A program made the translations under genes and the position numbers. This document shows positions 42,662-52,863 of a stretch of DNA of 64,000 nucleotides, in pieces. The DNA lies in contig CAWFFN010000005.1 of the NCBI GenBank assembly GCA_963815115.1, positions 1,184,001-1,248,000 of the forward strand, in the 5' to 3' direction. The notes beneath the pieces were generated by a model. The model searched no databases and was not told where the DNA came from. It was given only the letters and a program-made list of their open reading frames with translations. Positions within the stretch are counted from its first letter, which is position 1. Each line of letters opens with the position of its first letter. Source of the stretch: an uncultured delta proteobacterium. GTDB taxonomy: Bacteria > Desulfobacterota > Binatia > DP-6.

Positions 42662-42723
42662 TTCTACCATCCCCATCATTCCCAATGCTTAGCGCTCGCT
42701 CGACTCAACCACGATCCCGGACC

Positions 42724-43590
42724 CTAGCGAGGTAGGGCCGAAGTAGGGCGGTCGCGCAGCGGCGTCACGGTCCCCGGGTCGCTGCGCCGAGCGCTCGCCC
42801 GCTCCGCCGCTTGGCGCATCACGTCGAGGTCGATGATGTGGTAGCGCCGCAGCATCGACGGCGTGCTGTGCCCGGAGAACGCCATCACGGTGTGCGGGTC
42901 ATTCCCGGGCGTCTCGATGAGGTGCTTCACGCCGGAGCGGCGGAGGTCATGGACAATGCGGGCCGTGGCGCCGATCGCCTTGCACGCCTTCGTCCACAGC
43001 TTCCGGAAGTCGCCGATGCGCCGTCCGTTTCGGTGGAAGACGTAGGGGCAGGTGAGATCGCGGGCAGCGAGCCGGCGCTCCATGATGACCGCCAAATCGC
43101 CCGCGATGGGGAGCGCCTTCGGCCTCTTGTTCTTGTGCAGCTCGGCCGGGAGCCGGATGGCAGATTCGGCTGCAAAGACGTGCTTCCATTCAAGGTGTCG
43201 CGCCTCGCCGATGCGCCACGCCGAAAAGAAGAGGAACAACACGAGGTCCGCGAGCGGGGCAGGAAGATGGGTTGCGAGGGCCTCGACCTGCTCGCGCGTG
43301 AAGAACCCCTTGCGGACCCGCGAGGGGTCCTCCGCCGGCTTCTCGATGTAGGGACGCGCGCGCTGGCTGATGAGCCGCTTCTGAACGGCGAGCTTAAAGG
43401 CGCGGTCAAGCAACGCCAGCTCGATGCGGAGCGTCGCATCGGCCGCTCCCTCAGCGCGCCGTGCCGCGACGTAGCCGTCGAGCCGTGCGCCCAGCTTGGT
43501 CACCTTCGCGCTGTCCCCGAAGTACTCGCGGAGGTGCTTGAAGGAGTACCGCATGGAGTCGATGGAGCGGTTGCGGCGCAGCTCGTAGTT
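42724..43590 (-). pseudogene. tyrosine integrase (Int2), N-terminally truncated
   Basis: Clear paralog of Int1 (RVRKGFF, HDLRRSGVKH, SGH, MLRRYHI); similarity stops at ~43590, arm-binding domain missing. Confidence 0.88.
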
Positions 43591-43619
43591 TGGCGCGGAA
43601 GAAGGCGCTCGGGCTGTGA
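43590..43619 (+). pseudogene. last codons of a probable DUF1156 DNA methyltransferase
   Basis: LARKKALGL*, GTGA-coupled to next gene; resembles the C-terminus I recall for this family. Confidence 0.4.
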
Positions 43620-44209
43620 AGGATCAGGGGACCCTGATCGAGCGGTGGCGCGGTGCCTTCTTCGCGTTGTTGGAATCGAGCGAGACGGGACCACGGCTCA
43701 AAGAGGCGGCAGTTGAAGGTGCGCTGGGCGCCTGGACGGAGCATCTCACCGCTGCCGTGGTATCCGTCTGCGGTGCCATGAGCTGGAGAGCAGCAGGGCG
43801 GGGGCACCTGGGAGACGTGCTGCCCGTCCCTCGGAACGCGTATCTGGCGTTGGACATCGTAGCGTTCGCTCCCAACGCGGAGTCGCGGTGGCCGCTGCCC
43901 GTCGCCGTCTTCGAGTTGGAGAACAGCCCCACCCTGGACCGCGTCGCATACTCGCTCTGGAAGGTTCTCTGCGTTCGTGCCCCACTCCGAGTGGTGTTCG
44001 CGTATCGGCGTGACAGCTCGGAGGGGAGTGCGCTGGTGGGACAGCTCACCGACGCCGTGATTGCAGGCATGTTCATCGACGACCGCCTCGCGCTCGGCGG
44101 GGAGACGTGCCTGATCGTCGGCAACCGGGGTGAGGCGGAAACGTTCCCCTACGGCTACTTCAAGGGCTGGGTGCTGGACCCGAACACGGGCCGCTTCGCG
44201 CGGACCTGA
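43616..44209 (+). CDS. hypothetical protein, PD-(D/E)xK nuclease-like
   Basis: YLALDIVAF..PVAVFELENS..YSLWKVLCVRA (D..ExE pattern); upstream of DUF499. Confidence 0.65.
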   Translation: MKDQGTLIERWRGAFFALLESSETGPRLKEAAVEGALGAWTEHLTAAVVSVCGAMSWRAAGRGHLGDVLPVPRNAYLALDIVAFAPNAESRWPLPVAVFELENSPTLDRVAYSLWKVLCVRAPLRVVFAYRRDSSEGSALVGQLTDAVIAGMFIDDRLALGGETCLIVGNRGEAETFPYGYFKGWVLDPNTGRFART

Positions 44210-44221
44210 GAGGATCGACCC

Positions 44222-44573
44222 ATGGCGAAGCTCCAACCGTGGTTCCACGTGGTCCAGCCCCGGGAAGACCTCCGCGAGGGCAAACCGCTCGACGCCTCCG
44301 AGTTCGCCGTCCACCTAGACCACATCCGTGAGAAACGAGCCCCAAAGGACTACCAGGAGCCCGACCGCTTCTTCGAGCGCAACTACATGACGGCCAGTCT
44401 GCTCGACCTCGCTGCCCAGACCGTGCGGCGGCTCTCGGGTATCACTGTCGCCACCTCTCCCGTCTTCAACATGGCGACGCAGTTCGGGGGCGGGAAGACG
44501 CACGCGCTGACGCTCCTCTACCACCTTGCTAAGCACGGCCCTGGCGCCGAAGCGTGGCGAGGCGTGCGGGCCA
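44222..44573 (+). pseudogene. DUF499 family AAA+ ATPase, truncated by IS21
   Basis: PWFHVVQPREDL..SEFAVHL..FFERNY..TQFGGGKTH Walker A..LYHLA. Confidence 0.85.
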
Positions 44574-44618
44574 TGTTGCCGGACTTGAGGAAGCGCCGAA
44601 TTCTGGACCGAGCGTCGC

Positions 44619-45386
44619 TTACCCCTTCGGCCGGGGCTTCTTGCTGAGCCGCTCCTCGGCGACGCGCTTGCGGTAGCTCTCGCCTTCGATGGCGAGGATG
44701 TCGGCGTGATGGATGACCCGGTCGATGAGGCCGATGGCGGACGTGGCGTTCGGGAAGATGGTCGGCCAGTCGCTAAACGCCAAGTTGGTGGTGAGGATGA
44801 GGCTTTTGCGTTCATGCCGGCGGCTCACGACCTGGAAGAGCAGATCGGCGTTGCGGCTGTCGTACGAGAGGTAGCCGATCTCGTCGACGATCAGCAGGCT
44901 CATGCAGCCGCCGTAGTGCCGCAGCCGCCGGTCGAGGGCGCGGGCCGACTCCTGGGCGGCGAGGTCGAGGAGGAGTTGGCTCGCGGTGATGAAGCAGACG
45001 GAATGGCCGGCGAGCACGGCCTGATGCCCGATGTTCTGGGCGATCATCGTCTTGCCGAGGCCCTGCGGCGCGACGAGGACGATGTTGCGGGCTTCGGCGA
45101 GGAAGTCGAGGCGCACCGCGGCCTCGACGGCGGCGCGATCGATCTTCGTCGGCCACTGCCAGTCGTAGTCGGCCATCGGTTTGAAGCGGCCGAGGCGGCT
45201 GCGGGTAAGGCGGCGCTCGAGGCCGCGGCGCGCCCGGTCGTCCTGCTCGGTCTGGACGACGTGTTCGAGGAGCTGCGTGGGGCTCCAGCGATGTTTGGTG
45301 GCGAGCGCGATGAGGTCGTTGAGCTGCGTGGCCGTGGCGCGGAGCCCGAGGGTGGCGAGCAGCTCAGGCAGCGGGGTCGTCGTCAT
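44619..45386 (-). CDS. istB: IS21 helper ATPase IstB
   Basis: PQGLGKT, LLIVDEIGY, LFQVVSRR, TTNLAFSDW, IDRVIHHA, GESYR. Confidence 0.92.
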   Translation of the reverse strand: MTTTPLPELLATLGLRATATQLNDLIALATKHRWSPTQLLEHVVQTEQDDRARRGLERRLTRSRLGRFKPMADYDWQWPTKIDRAAVEAAVRLDFLAEARNIVLVAPQGLGKTMIAQNIGHQAVLAGHSVCFITASQLLLDLAAQESARALDRRLRHYGGCMSLLIVDEIGYLSYDSRNADLLFQVVSRRHERKSLILTTNLAFSDWPTIFPNATSAIGLIDRVIHHADILAIEGESYRKRVAEERLSKKPRPKG

Positions 45387-45891
45387 CGGAGGACTCCTGT
45401 CGCGTGGGCGTGACGCTGAGCGCGTCGTCGCCGGTGAGCGCGTGCGGGGTGACGCGGAGCTCGCGCACGCGCGGATCGTCGGGCAGCGGCACGACCAGCG
45501 GCGGGGCGATGCCCTGCGCGCGGGTCTGTTGATCGAGCAGATGGGCGACGGCCGGCGCGCCGACCGCCCCGCGGCGCAGCGCCTCGGCCAGCGCGGCATC
45601 GAGCGCGGCGGCCCCGTAGCGATCGTGGAGCTGGCCGAGCTGGCGGGTGTGGGGCGCGAGGGGCTGGCCGCGCTGCGCGAGCGCGTCGAGGAAGGCGACC
45701 GCCTGCGGGCACGTGGCGCGCAAGAGATCGCGGCCCCGCAGCTCCGCCGCCGCGCGTTTCACCGCGGCGAGGGCCGCGATGTGCGCGGGGTCTTCCACGA
45801 CGCGCCGGTGGTCGTAGCTGCGGGCATGGCGGGCGACTTCGGTCGCGCCGTCGAGGAGGCGGACGGTGTCCTCGCTCGCGACGAGCGTTAG

Positions 45892-47405
45892 CCTCAGTGA
45901 GACAGAAATTTACGCCGCCAAGAGGCGGTCGAGGCGTTTGAAGCGGTCGACGATGGCTGGGGCGGGGCCGACGTCGAGCGTCGCATAGCCATCGGGTCGG
46001 ACGATCACCCCGGCGCGGTGCAGGCAGAGGTAGCGCAGCGTGTGAATGGCCTCGAAGCGGAAGCGGCTGCGCCGCGTGCGGGTTGCCCCGCGGCGCTCGG
46101 CCGTCGTCGCGAGCTGAAAGCCGCGCATGAGGTTGAAGGCGAGGACGCTGAGCACTTGCCAGGCGCTGTTCGCGGCGTAGCGCATCGTGGGCACGGAGGC
46201 GAAGGCGAAGCCGCTCTTGCGCTCGCCGTACACCTTCTCGTGGACCCCGCGGCCACACATGAAGGCCCACAGCGCCGGCCCGCTGAGCGTCTTGTTCGTG
46301 ACGACGGCAGAGTACTCGTAGTGCCCGTCACTCGGGTCGAAGAGATCGAGCTGGAAGTTCTTGACCGTCTCGTGCTGGACCCGACGACGGTATAGGACGA
46401 TGCGGAAGCGCCGGCCGCCCCACGGCGCCAGCACGATGGTGTGCTCGGCGCAGCTCACCGTCTCCTCGACCCGTGTCCACACCCGCGTCTGCCGCACGCG
46501 TTGCTTGAGGCCGACCCACGCGTAGAAGGGCACCTTGATCGCGTACTCCGCCCCGGCCTGCTCCAGCTGCGCGATGATGTAGCGCCGGAAAAACGCCCCA
46601 TCCATGCGGAATTCGAGGGGGTAGCCCGCCCCGAGCGTCGCGCGGAGCTGGGCAAACAGGTCGCGCAAGAAGCGGCGGGCGGCCTTGGCGTCGTCCACGT
46701 TGCCCGGCCGGTTCTGGACCCGCAGCACTTGCCCGCTCTGCGCTTCGTAGGCCGTGATCGGGTAGTAGCTCGGCACCTTGCGGTGATGGGGATTGTAGCC
46801 GCGGTGCGCCCACTGGACCTGTTGGCCGGTGGACACCACCGACCCATCCACGTCGATTGTCAGGCGGCGCAGCCCCGTGTGCCGGATCGTCCGCGCCACC
46901 ACGAGCGCGTTCACCCACTGCAGCCGCGGCAGATGCCGGGCGCGGAACCCGGTGAGCCACCGGCCGACGGTCCGCGGTGTCGGGAGACGGGTCAGCCCGC
47001 ACAGCCGGAGCACGAGGGGATCACCGGCCAGGTAGCGCAGGTGGCGCAGCCGGCGCCCCCCGCTGATCACGAGCGTCAGCAGCACGAGGACCATCGCCGG
47101 CACGCCGAAGGCGCTCCGCGGCAGGCCCGTGCCGAGCTCGCGCCGCAGCACCGGCACCAAGCCGAGCAGGTCGACGTACCGGCGCACGAACTCGAGTCCA
47201 CCGTACGACGTGAGCCCCCGCTGCTCGAAGCGCAGCGCCAGATTCCCGTTGACCCGCCGCCGCAAATCCGCTTTTCTCCACCGCATTGGGAATGGCCTTT
47301 CGTTGAGGGTGCTTTCGTTGGCTCGACACCACGAATTTACCACAACGGAAGGCCTTCTCATTCTCTGCGCGTCACGCGCTCCCTCGATTTTTCGTCATAT
47401 CGAGG
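45892..47405 (-). mobile_element. IS1380 family insertion sequence nested in istA
   Basis: Ends CCTC..GAC..AAAT in inverted orientation; flanks TTAG/CTAG. Confidence 0.85.
45910..47286 (-). CDS. IS1380 family transposase
   Basis: LTSYGG, IDVDGS, YYP, RPGN, RMDGAF, RGVHEK..E.K. Confidence 0.88.
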   Translation of the reverse strand: MRWRKADLRRRVNGNLALRFEQRGLTSYGGLEFVRRYVDLLGLVPVLRRELGTGLPRSAFGVPAMVLVLLTLVISGGRRLRHLRYLAGDPLVLRLCGLTRLPTPRTVGRWLTGFRARHLPRLQWVNALVVARTIRHTGLRRLTIDVDGSVVSTGQQVQWAHRGYNPHHRKVPSYYPITAYEAQSGQVLRVQNRPGNVDDAKAARRFLRDLFAQLRATLGAGYPLEFRMDGAFFRRYIIAQLEQAGAEYAIKVPFYAWVGLKQRVRQTRVWTRVEETVSCAEHTIVLAPWGGRRFRIVLYRRRVQHETVKNFQLDLFDPSDGHYEYSAVVTNKTLSGPALWAFMCGRGVHEKVYGERKSGFAFASVPTMRYAANSAWQVLSVLAFNLMRGFQLATTAERRGATRTRRSRFRFEAIHTLRYLCLHRAGVIVRPDGYATLDVGPAPAIVDRFKRLDRLLAA

Positions 47406-48409
47406 CTAGCGGCTGGCGGACGACGGCGTGCGGGATCGAGTAGTCATTGCCGTCGAAGCGGACGTACGGCGTCTTGCCCGAGCGCACGGGCCGCACGAGG
47501 TCACAGGGCAACGGGTGCTGCGGGAGCGGGAGGAGCCGGGGCTGTTCCGCCGCCAGGGCGTCCGCGACCCGCTGGCCCGTGGGATCGCCGGGCACCGGGC
47601 GCTGGTGCGCCGTCGCGGCGATCCAGGCGGCAAGCTGCGCATTGAGATCGGTCACGCTCGTGAAGCGGCGCGCGGCGAAGAAGGCGTGACGGAGGTATTG
47701 GATTTGGCGCTCGACTTTGCCTTTCTCGTTCCCGCGGTACGGCGCGCACGCTTGGGCGCGCAGTGGTAGTGGCCCGCCAGCTCGAGGAGGCGGGGGTGGT
47801 AGCGGATGTGCTCCCCGACCCGCTCGAGGCCGACGCTCTTCAGATTGTCGTACAGCAGCGTGCGGGGCACGCCCCCGAGCGCCGCGAAGGCCGCGACGTG
47901 CCCGCGCAGGAAGCTCTCGAGGCCCAAGTCGAGGCCGAAGCGGGCGTAGACGGCGCGCGACCACGACAGCACGAGCACGAAACAGACGAGGGGCCGGCGG
48001 GCATGGCCGACCGCGAGGGTCCCGAAGTGGCCCCAGTCGACCTGTCCTTGCTCGCCCGGCAGCGTCTGGAGCCGGAGGTACGCCTCGGCCCGGCGCGCGG
48101 GCCGGATCGTGCGGACGTAGCGGCGCACGGTGACGACGCCGCCCAGGTACCCGCGTCCCCGCAGCATGGCGTGGAGGCGCGTCGCGCGGAGCCGCGGGTG
48201 CTGGGCGAGGATGTCGGCGAGGAAGGGTTTGTACGGATCGAGGACCGACGGCCGGACCGGCCGCAGCACGCTCGGTCGCCCGAGTCGCTCGCCGCCGAGC
48301 ACGCGGACGATGGTGTCGTGATGGACGCCGAGCTCGGTGGCGAGCGTCCCGATCCGCCAGTGCTCGGCGTAGTAGAGCCGGCGGATGCGGGCGGCGACCT
48401 CGGGCGGGA

Positions 48410-48784
48410 TCATGCGACCGCCCGGCGGCGCAGGAGCCGGCGTACGTCCGCGAACGCCCCCGAGCCCGTCCCCGGTGCAGGATCGGCCGGCACGGCGTCA
48501 TGCCGGACGCACGCGACGGTGACGGCGACCGGCCGCGTGACGGTCTCCAGCGTGTCGAGCCAGCGTGGTGTGGCGCAGAAAGCGCCCCGGCCGACCACAG
48601 CGATGGCAACGCGGCACGGGCGCCCCGTCCACAGCGTCAGGGCCTCGGCCAGCGCCAGCACGGCGCGAGGATGGGCCGGACTGTGCGGCAGCCGGGCCTT
48701 GAGCAGCGGGGTCGACCCGTCGTGGACCAGGACGCGCGTCGCCAGCGGCCCCGGGACCACGCCCATCGCGAGCGGCAACGACAT
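48410..48784 (-). CDS. hypothetical protein inside IS21
   Basis: GAGGAGG SD; [23 protein letters not shown]; ATGA-coupled to istA. Confidence 0.7.
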   Translation of the reverse strand: MSLPLAMGVVPGPLATRVLVHDGSTPLLKARLPHSPAHPRAVLALAEALTLWTGRPCRVAIAVVGRGAFCATPRWLDTLETVTRPVAVTVACVRHDAVPADPAPGTGSGAFADVRRLLRRRAVA

Positions 48785-49103
48785 CGGACACCTCCTCGAT
48801 GCGGCCGTCATCGGGGACGGCGCGCGTGCGCGTGTCCATGCCGCAGGATGCGCGGGCCGCGCGAGGGTGATGCGTCACTTTTTCCCGGCGGCGGGCCCGG
48901 TACCGGTGCTGGCGCGCGGCATGCCGCCGGCGCCCGCGCCGTGTGTCCTGGTACCGCGTCCCGGCCGCGCGCACGGTCTGGCGCCGCCTCGTCGTCGCGC
49001 AGGGCCGGCTGCAGTACCACTGCCCGCGGTCGCAGTGCGAGCAGAGGAAGAAGACTTGCCCGCACGCCGCCCGCGCACACACCACGCACCGCAACGACTC
49101 CAC
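48498..49103 (-). CDS. zinc-finger/Arg-rich protein inside IS21 (3' end uncertain)
   Basis: [21 protein letters not shown] followed by a basic helix. Confidence 0.65.
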   Translation of the reverse strand: MESLRCVVCARAACGQVFFLCSHCDRGQWYCSRPCATTRRRQTVRAAGTRYQDTRRGRRRHAARQHRYRARRREKVTHHPRAARASCGMDTRTRAVPDDGRIEEVSDVVAARDGRGPGAAGDARPGPRRVDPAAQGPAAAQSGPSSRRAGAGRGPDAVDGAPVPRCHRCGRPGRFLRHTTLARHAGDRHAAGRRHRRVRPA

Positions 49104-49346
49104 GCGTCCCTGCCACCGGCGGCCGGTGGAGTGGACGACGTCACGGACTCATGCGACAACGACCGCGGCTGCTACGCGTCCCTGCGTCTCAGCCGGAGGG
49201 CTCGGAGATTGTCGCTCCGGGCCCTCGCTCTTTGGGCTGCCTGCTGTGCCGCGCCCTCTACCGCAGGGACGGCCCGCAGCAAACAGGCTCAGCATCGAAC
49301 GACGACCTCACGTCGAGAATCCTGCGCTTCTCGGTGATCGCCAACA

Positions 49347-49790
49347 CTCGCCGCCATTGGCTTCGCATCTCCCGCCCGGAGCGTTGCAGCGACCCCGGTC
49401 GGCCTCTGGTATGCGGAGGGCGGTGCTGCGCAGGTCGCTATCGAGCCGTGCGGAAGCGAACTGTGTGGGCGGGTCAAATGGCTCCGCTCCCCGTACGATG
49501 TTGACGGCTGTGACCTCCGGGATCGGCACAACCCGGACCCGACGCTCCGCGCTCGGAAGGTCGAGGGCCTGGAGATTCTGCGGGGGCTCACTCCGCGGCC
49601 GGACGGCACGTGGGTGAACGGGCGCATCTACGACCCTGGCAGCGGGAACACATACACCTGCCAACTGGCGCTCGACGGCGATGACCGGGTGCGGCTACGT
49701 GCTTACGTTGGCATCCCACTGATCGGTCGCACCACGACGTGGACGCGCGTCGGGACCGAGAACCGGAGTTGCCGGGAGGACGACCGATGA
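49347..49790 (+). pseudogene. DUF2147 family protein, 5'-truncated by IS21
   Basis: PVGLW..LCGRVKWL..D.HNPDP.LR..GLEIL..GRIYDP.SG.TY..YVGIPLIGRTTTWTR; no start codon. Confidence 0.8.
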
Positions 49791-49981
49791 AGCTGCGCTA
49801 CCTCGTGCCGCTCGCGGGTTTCGTGGTGCCGACCGTGGGCATCGGATACGGCATCGTCATCCCCCGAAGCTGCATCGCCGGGGTCAACAATCTCACCCTC
49901 GGCTTCGCCGTGACCATCGTTGGGGCGTGCGTGACCTGCATCTTCGGTCTACGCACCGTCCTCCGCAATCACCGGCGGTGA
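49787..49981 (+). CDS. small two-TM membrane protein
   Basis: GGAGG SD, ATGA overlap, two hydrophobic segments. Confidence 0.6.
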   Translation: MKLRYLVPLAGFVVPTVGIGYGIVIPRSCIAGVNNLTLGFAVTIVGACVTCIFGLRTVLRNHRR

Positions 49982-49988
49982 ACCCAGC

Positions 49989-50570
49989 ATGCGTCGCCCC
50001 GAGTTCATTGCTCGGCAGTCCCGCTGTCCGACCGGGCTGCTTGGACGACTGATCGGATACATCATGTCTGCCGAAACGGCGACCGCGAACGAGGAGGCGC
50101 TCACGCTCCTCGATCTTCAACCCAGCGACCGCGTGCTGGAGGTGGGCTTCGGGCACGGACGGACCATTGAGCGCGCCGCGACGGCGCTCGCCACGGGGTT
50201 CATCGCGGGAATCGACCTCTCGGAGGAGATGGTCCGCATGGCGGAACGTCGCTGCCGTCACCTGAGCCCCCAGGGCAAGGTCGCACTCATGGTCGGTGAC
50301 AGTGACCACCTTCCGTTTCCCGATCAGCATTTCGACAAGGCGCTTTCAATTCACACGGTCTACTTTTGGGCCGACCCGGAAGCGCACCTCCGTGAGATTC
50401 GTCGTGTCCTCGCATACGGCGGGCGACTCGTGCTGGGGTTTCACTCAAGGAAGGACAAGAGGGCCGCGGACTTCCCGGAGAGCGTGTACACGTTCTACAC
50501 GGCCGAGGAAGTCGGCAGCCTGCTCGAAGCGAGTGGCTTCGAGCGCGTGCGGCGCGTGTCAATGAGATGA
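49989..50570 (+). CDS. class I SAM-dependent methyltransferase, C-terminus clipped by IS3
   Basis: VLEVGFGHG, LPFPD, IRRVL..GG; stop lies inside the IS3 IR. Confidence 0.85.
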   Translation: MRRPEFIARQSRCPTGLLGRLIGYIMSAETATANEEALTLLDLQPSDRVLEVGFGHGRTIERAATALATGFIAGIDLSEEMVRMAERRCRHLSPQGKVALMVGDSDHLPFPDQHFDKALSIHTVYFWADPEAHLREIRRVLAYGGRLVLGFHSRKDKRAADFPESVYTFYTAEEVGSLLEASGFERVRRVSMR

Positions 50571-50588
50571 GAGAGGGGCATGGTGAAA

Positions 50589-51790
50589 TTACTGTCCCGC
50601 CGCGACGTCGAGCTCCGCGAGCAGGAGGTCGTCCGCAGCCACGAGCATCGAGACTGGGGGGGTACCTGGACCTTGGACCGGCTCCGTTGCGGGCGTCTGC
50701 GGGGCTCTGAGCGCGACGTTTCTTCGCGATCGCGGGCTCGGAACGCCATTGCGGTCGAGGGCCGGCGGATTGATCCACACTTCCGTCGGGGGCTGTTGCA
50801 CCCGCGGTGTCTTCCCCTTGAAGCGTTCGGGATGAGCCGCGAATGCCGCCGCGAGCGTTTCCCCCCGTCGTGCCACGATCGCCAGGGCCGTCCCGCTGTG
50901 CACGCTCACCGGCGTCAGGAACCCGATCCCGCTGTGCCGATGCTCTTCGTTGTACCAGGGGAAGAATCGCCGCAGGAATCCCAGGGCGTCCTGCTGCGAC
51001 CCGAATCGCTCGGGAAACTCCGGACGCGACTTCAACGTGCGAAACTGCGACTCCGAAAACGGATTGTCGTTGCTGGTGTACGGTCGCGTCAGGCTCCGCG
51101 TGATCGACAGGTCGGCCAACAGCTGGCCCACCGTCTTCGACGTCATCGCCGGCCCGCGGTCGGAGTGCAGCGTCAGGACCGCCTCCGCGATCCCCTCCTT
51201 CTCGCAGCTCTCCTTGATCAAGCGGCGCGCCAACGTCGCCGACTCTCGATCCGCCAAGAGCCACCCCACCACGTAGCGGCTGAAGATGTCGAGCAGCACG
51301 TAGAGGTAGAAGTACGTCCACTTCGCCGGCCCCTTGAGCTTCGTGATGTCCCACGACCACACCTGGTTCGGTCCCGTCGCCAGGAGCTCGGGCCGCGTCG
51401 CCACCGGGTGGCGCAGCTGGTTGCGCCGCTCGCGGACTTCCCCGTGCCGATCGAGAATCCGGTACATCGTCCGCAGCGAGCAGTGGTAGGTTCCCTCCTC
51501 GAGCAACGTCGCGTACACCTCCGCCGGAGCCTGGTCGATGAACCGTTCCGAATGCAGCACGTCGAGAACGGCAGCCTCCTCGACCTCGGACAATGCCAGC
51601 GGCGGCCGCGATCGAACCGCCGTCTCCGAACATGGTCGCCGCCACCGGTAAAAACTTGCCGGGGCCACGCCCAACGCCCCACAGGCGGCCTGGACCCCCA
51701 CGGCGTCGGCCAACGTCTGCGCCGTCGCCATCAGCTCCCGACCTCCTCGTCGCTCGGCGGCAGCCCCAGCAACTGTGAGACTTTTTTTTG
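50589..51790 (-). CDS. IS3 transposase OrfB (via -1 frameshift)
   Basis: PNQVWSWDIT, LDIFSRY, HSDRG, SNDNPFSESQF, YNEEHRHS. Confidence 0.9.
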
Positions 51791-52210
51791 AACGTCGATG
51801 ATCACGTGCGCCTTGCGCAGCTCCTCCCGCAGCCGCGCGTTCTCCCGCTCCATCCCGGCGAGTCGCTTCGCCAACGGATGCGCCACCGCCTTGCGCCCGC
51901 GCGCGTGCCCCGCCAGCCCGACCAACGCCCCCGCCTCGCGCTGCTGACGCCACACGCTCAGATGCGACGTGTAGAGCCCCTCGCGTCGCAGCAGCGCCCC
52001 GATCTCCCCCGGCTCGCGACACCCGTCGGCCTCGGCCAGGAGCTGTCGCTTGTACTCGGCCGTGAACCGGCGCCGCTGCGCCTTCGCCGGAACCTCCGGA
52101 TCCTTGCGGCCCGTCGGCGCCGGCGCGCCCGCAACTTCAGTCGCCCTACGGGCTCCTTCCGTTCCGGGCGCGCTTCCTGATCCCCCGCCATCCCTCACCT
52201 TCACTCCCAC
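51731..52210 (-). CDS. IS3 transposase OrfA
   Basis: RRRFTAEYK..LLRREGLY..IIDVQKK. Confidence 0.88.
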   Translation of the reverse strand: MGVKVRDGGGSGSAPGTEGARRATEVAGAPAPTGRKDPEVPAKAQRRRFTAEYKRQLLAEADGCREPGEIGALLRREGLYTSHLSVWRQQREAGALVGLAGHARGRKAVAHPLAKRLAGMERENARLREELRKAHVIIDVQKKVSQLLGLPPSDEEVGS

Positions 52211-52535
52211 CTCGCTCGCCTTCCTCCGTCCCCTCGTACACTAAATTCGGATCGCCTCCTCTCTCACGTTCATTGGCACAGGGGGGTGGACCTCGCGCAC
52301 GCGCCGGGAGGGCTCGTCATGGCGACGGCATACCGGCCGTTGGCTGCTTGATCACCTCATCGCGGTGGAGGTGAATTGCCCGATGTTCTCCGGCGTGAAT
52401 TCGCCCCACAAGGACTGAGGCTTCGGTGTCGAGAGGATGGCATTGTACGCCGCGCCCAGTACTTCGCCGCGTCACCACCGAGGTCGGCTTTGCTCGCGTC
52501 GGCAGGCGTCGGGACGGCCACGAGCGAGCGCGCGA

Positions 52536-52862
52536 CTAGCGTTCCGGGAGGAGAGGCAACGGCCGGGGACCGCGGACGACGATCTGCTGCGTCACAGCGA
52601 TCAGGTCGGCGATTTCGGCATCTTGCTTAGCGGGCGGCACGTACCGCTCGATCAACATGACGACCGCCTCAAGCAAGCCTCGAACTTCCGCTAGGGGAAC
52701 GTGCTGCTGGACATCGACGCGATCCCTGCGACCCCACGTGTCTGGATCGATGCGCTCAACGGCCCAGGCATCCGCGGTCCAGGTTCCTGCCTCGGCTGCC
52801 TGCTCGATGCGGCGGATGCGCCGGGCGGTCGGCTCGCTGGCTGTCCAGCCAGGGGTTTCCAG
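52536..52862 (-). pseudogene. second TerS-like paralog, C-terminal half only
   Basis: IEQAAEAGTWTADAWAVERIDPDTWGRRD..LLEAVVMLIERYV resembles the upstream gene; no start codon or HTH. Confidence 0.55.
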
Positions 52863-52863
52863 G

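Larger units (their letters stand above)
45364..48413 (-). pseudogene. istA: IS21 transposase IstA, frameshifted (~47755) and interrupted by IS1380
   Basis: [38 protein letters not shown]; reading frame resumes after IS1380. Confidence 0.9.
44574..49346 (-). mobile_element. IS21 family element with two accessory ORFs
   Basis: Imperfect IRs TGTTGCCGGACTTGAGGAAGCGCCGAATTCT / TGTTGGCGATCACCGAGAAGCGCAGGATTCT; istA + istB; no matching TSD. Confidence 0.88.
50557..52278 (-). mobile_element. IS3 family insertion sequence
   Basis: IRs TGTCAATGAGATGAGAGAGG / TGCCAATGAACGTGAGAGAGG; orfA/orfB with an A8 slippery run at 51782-51789. Confidence 0.92.
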
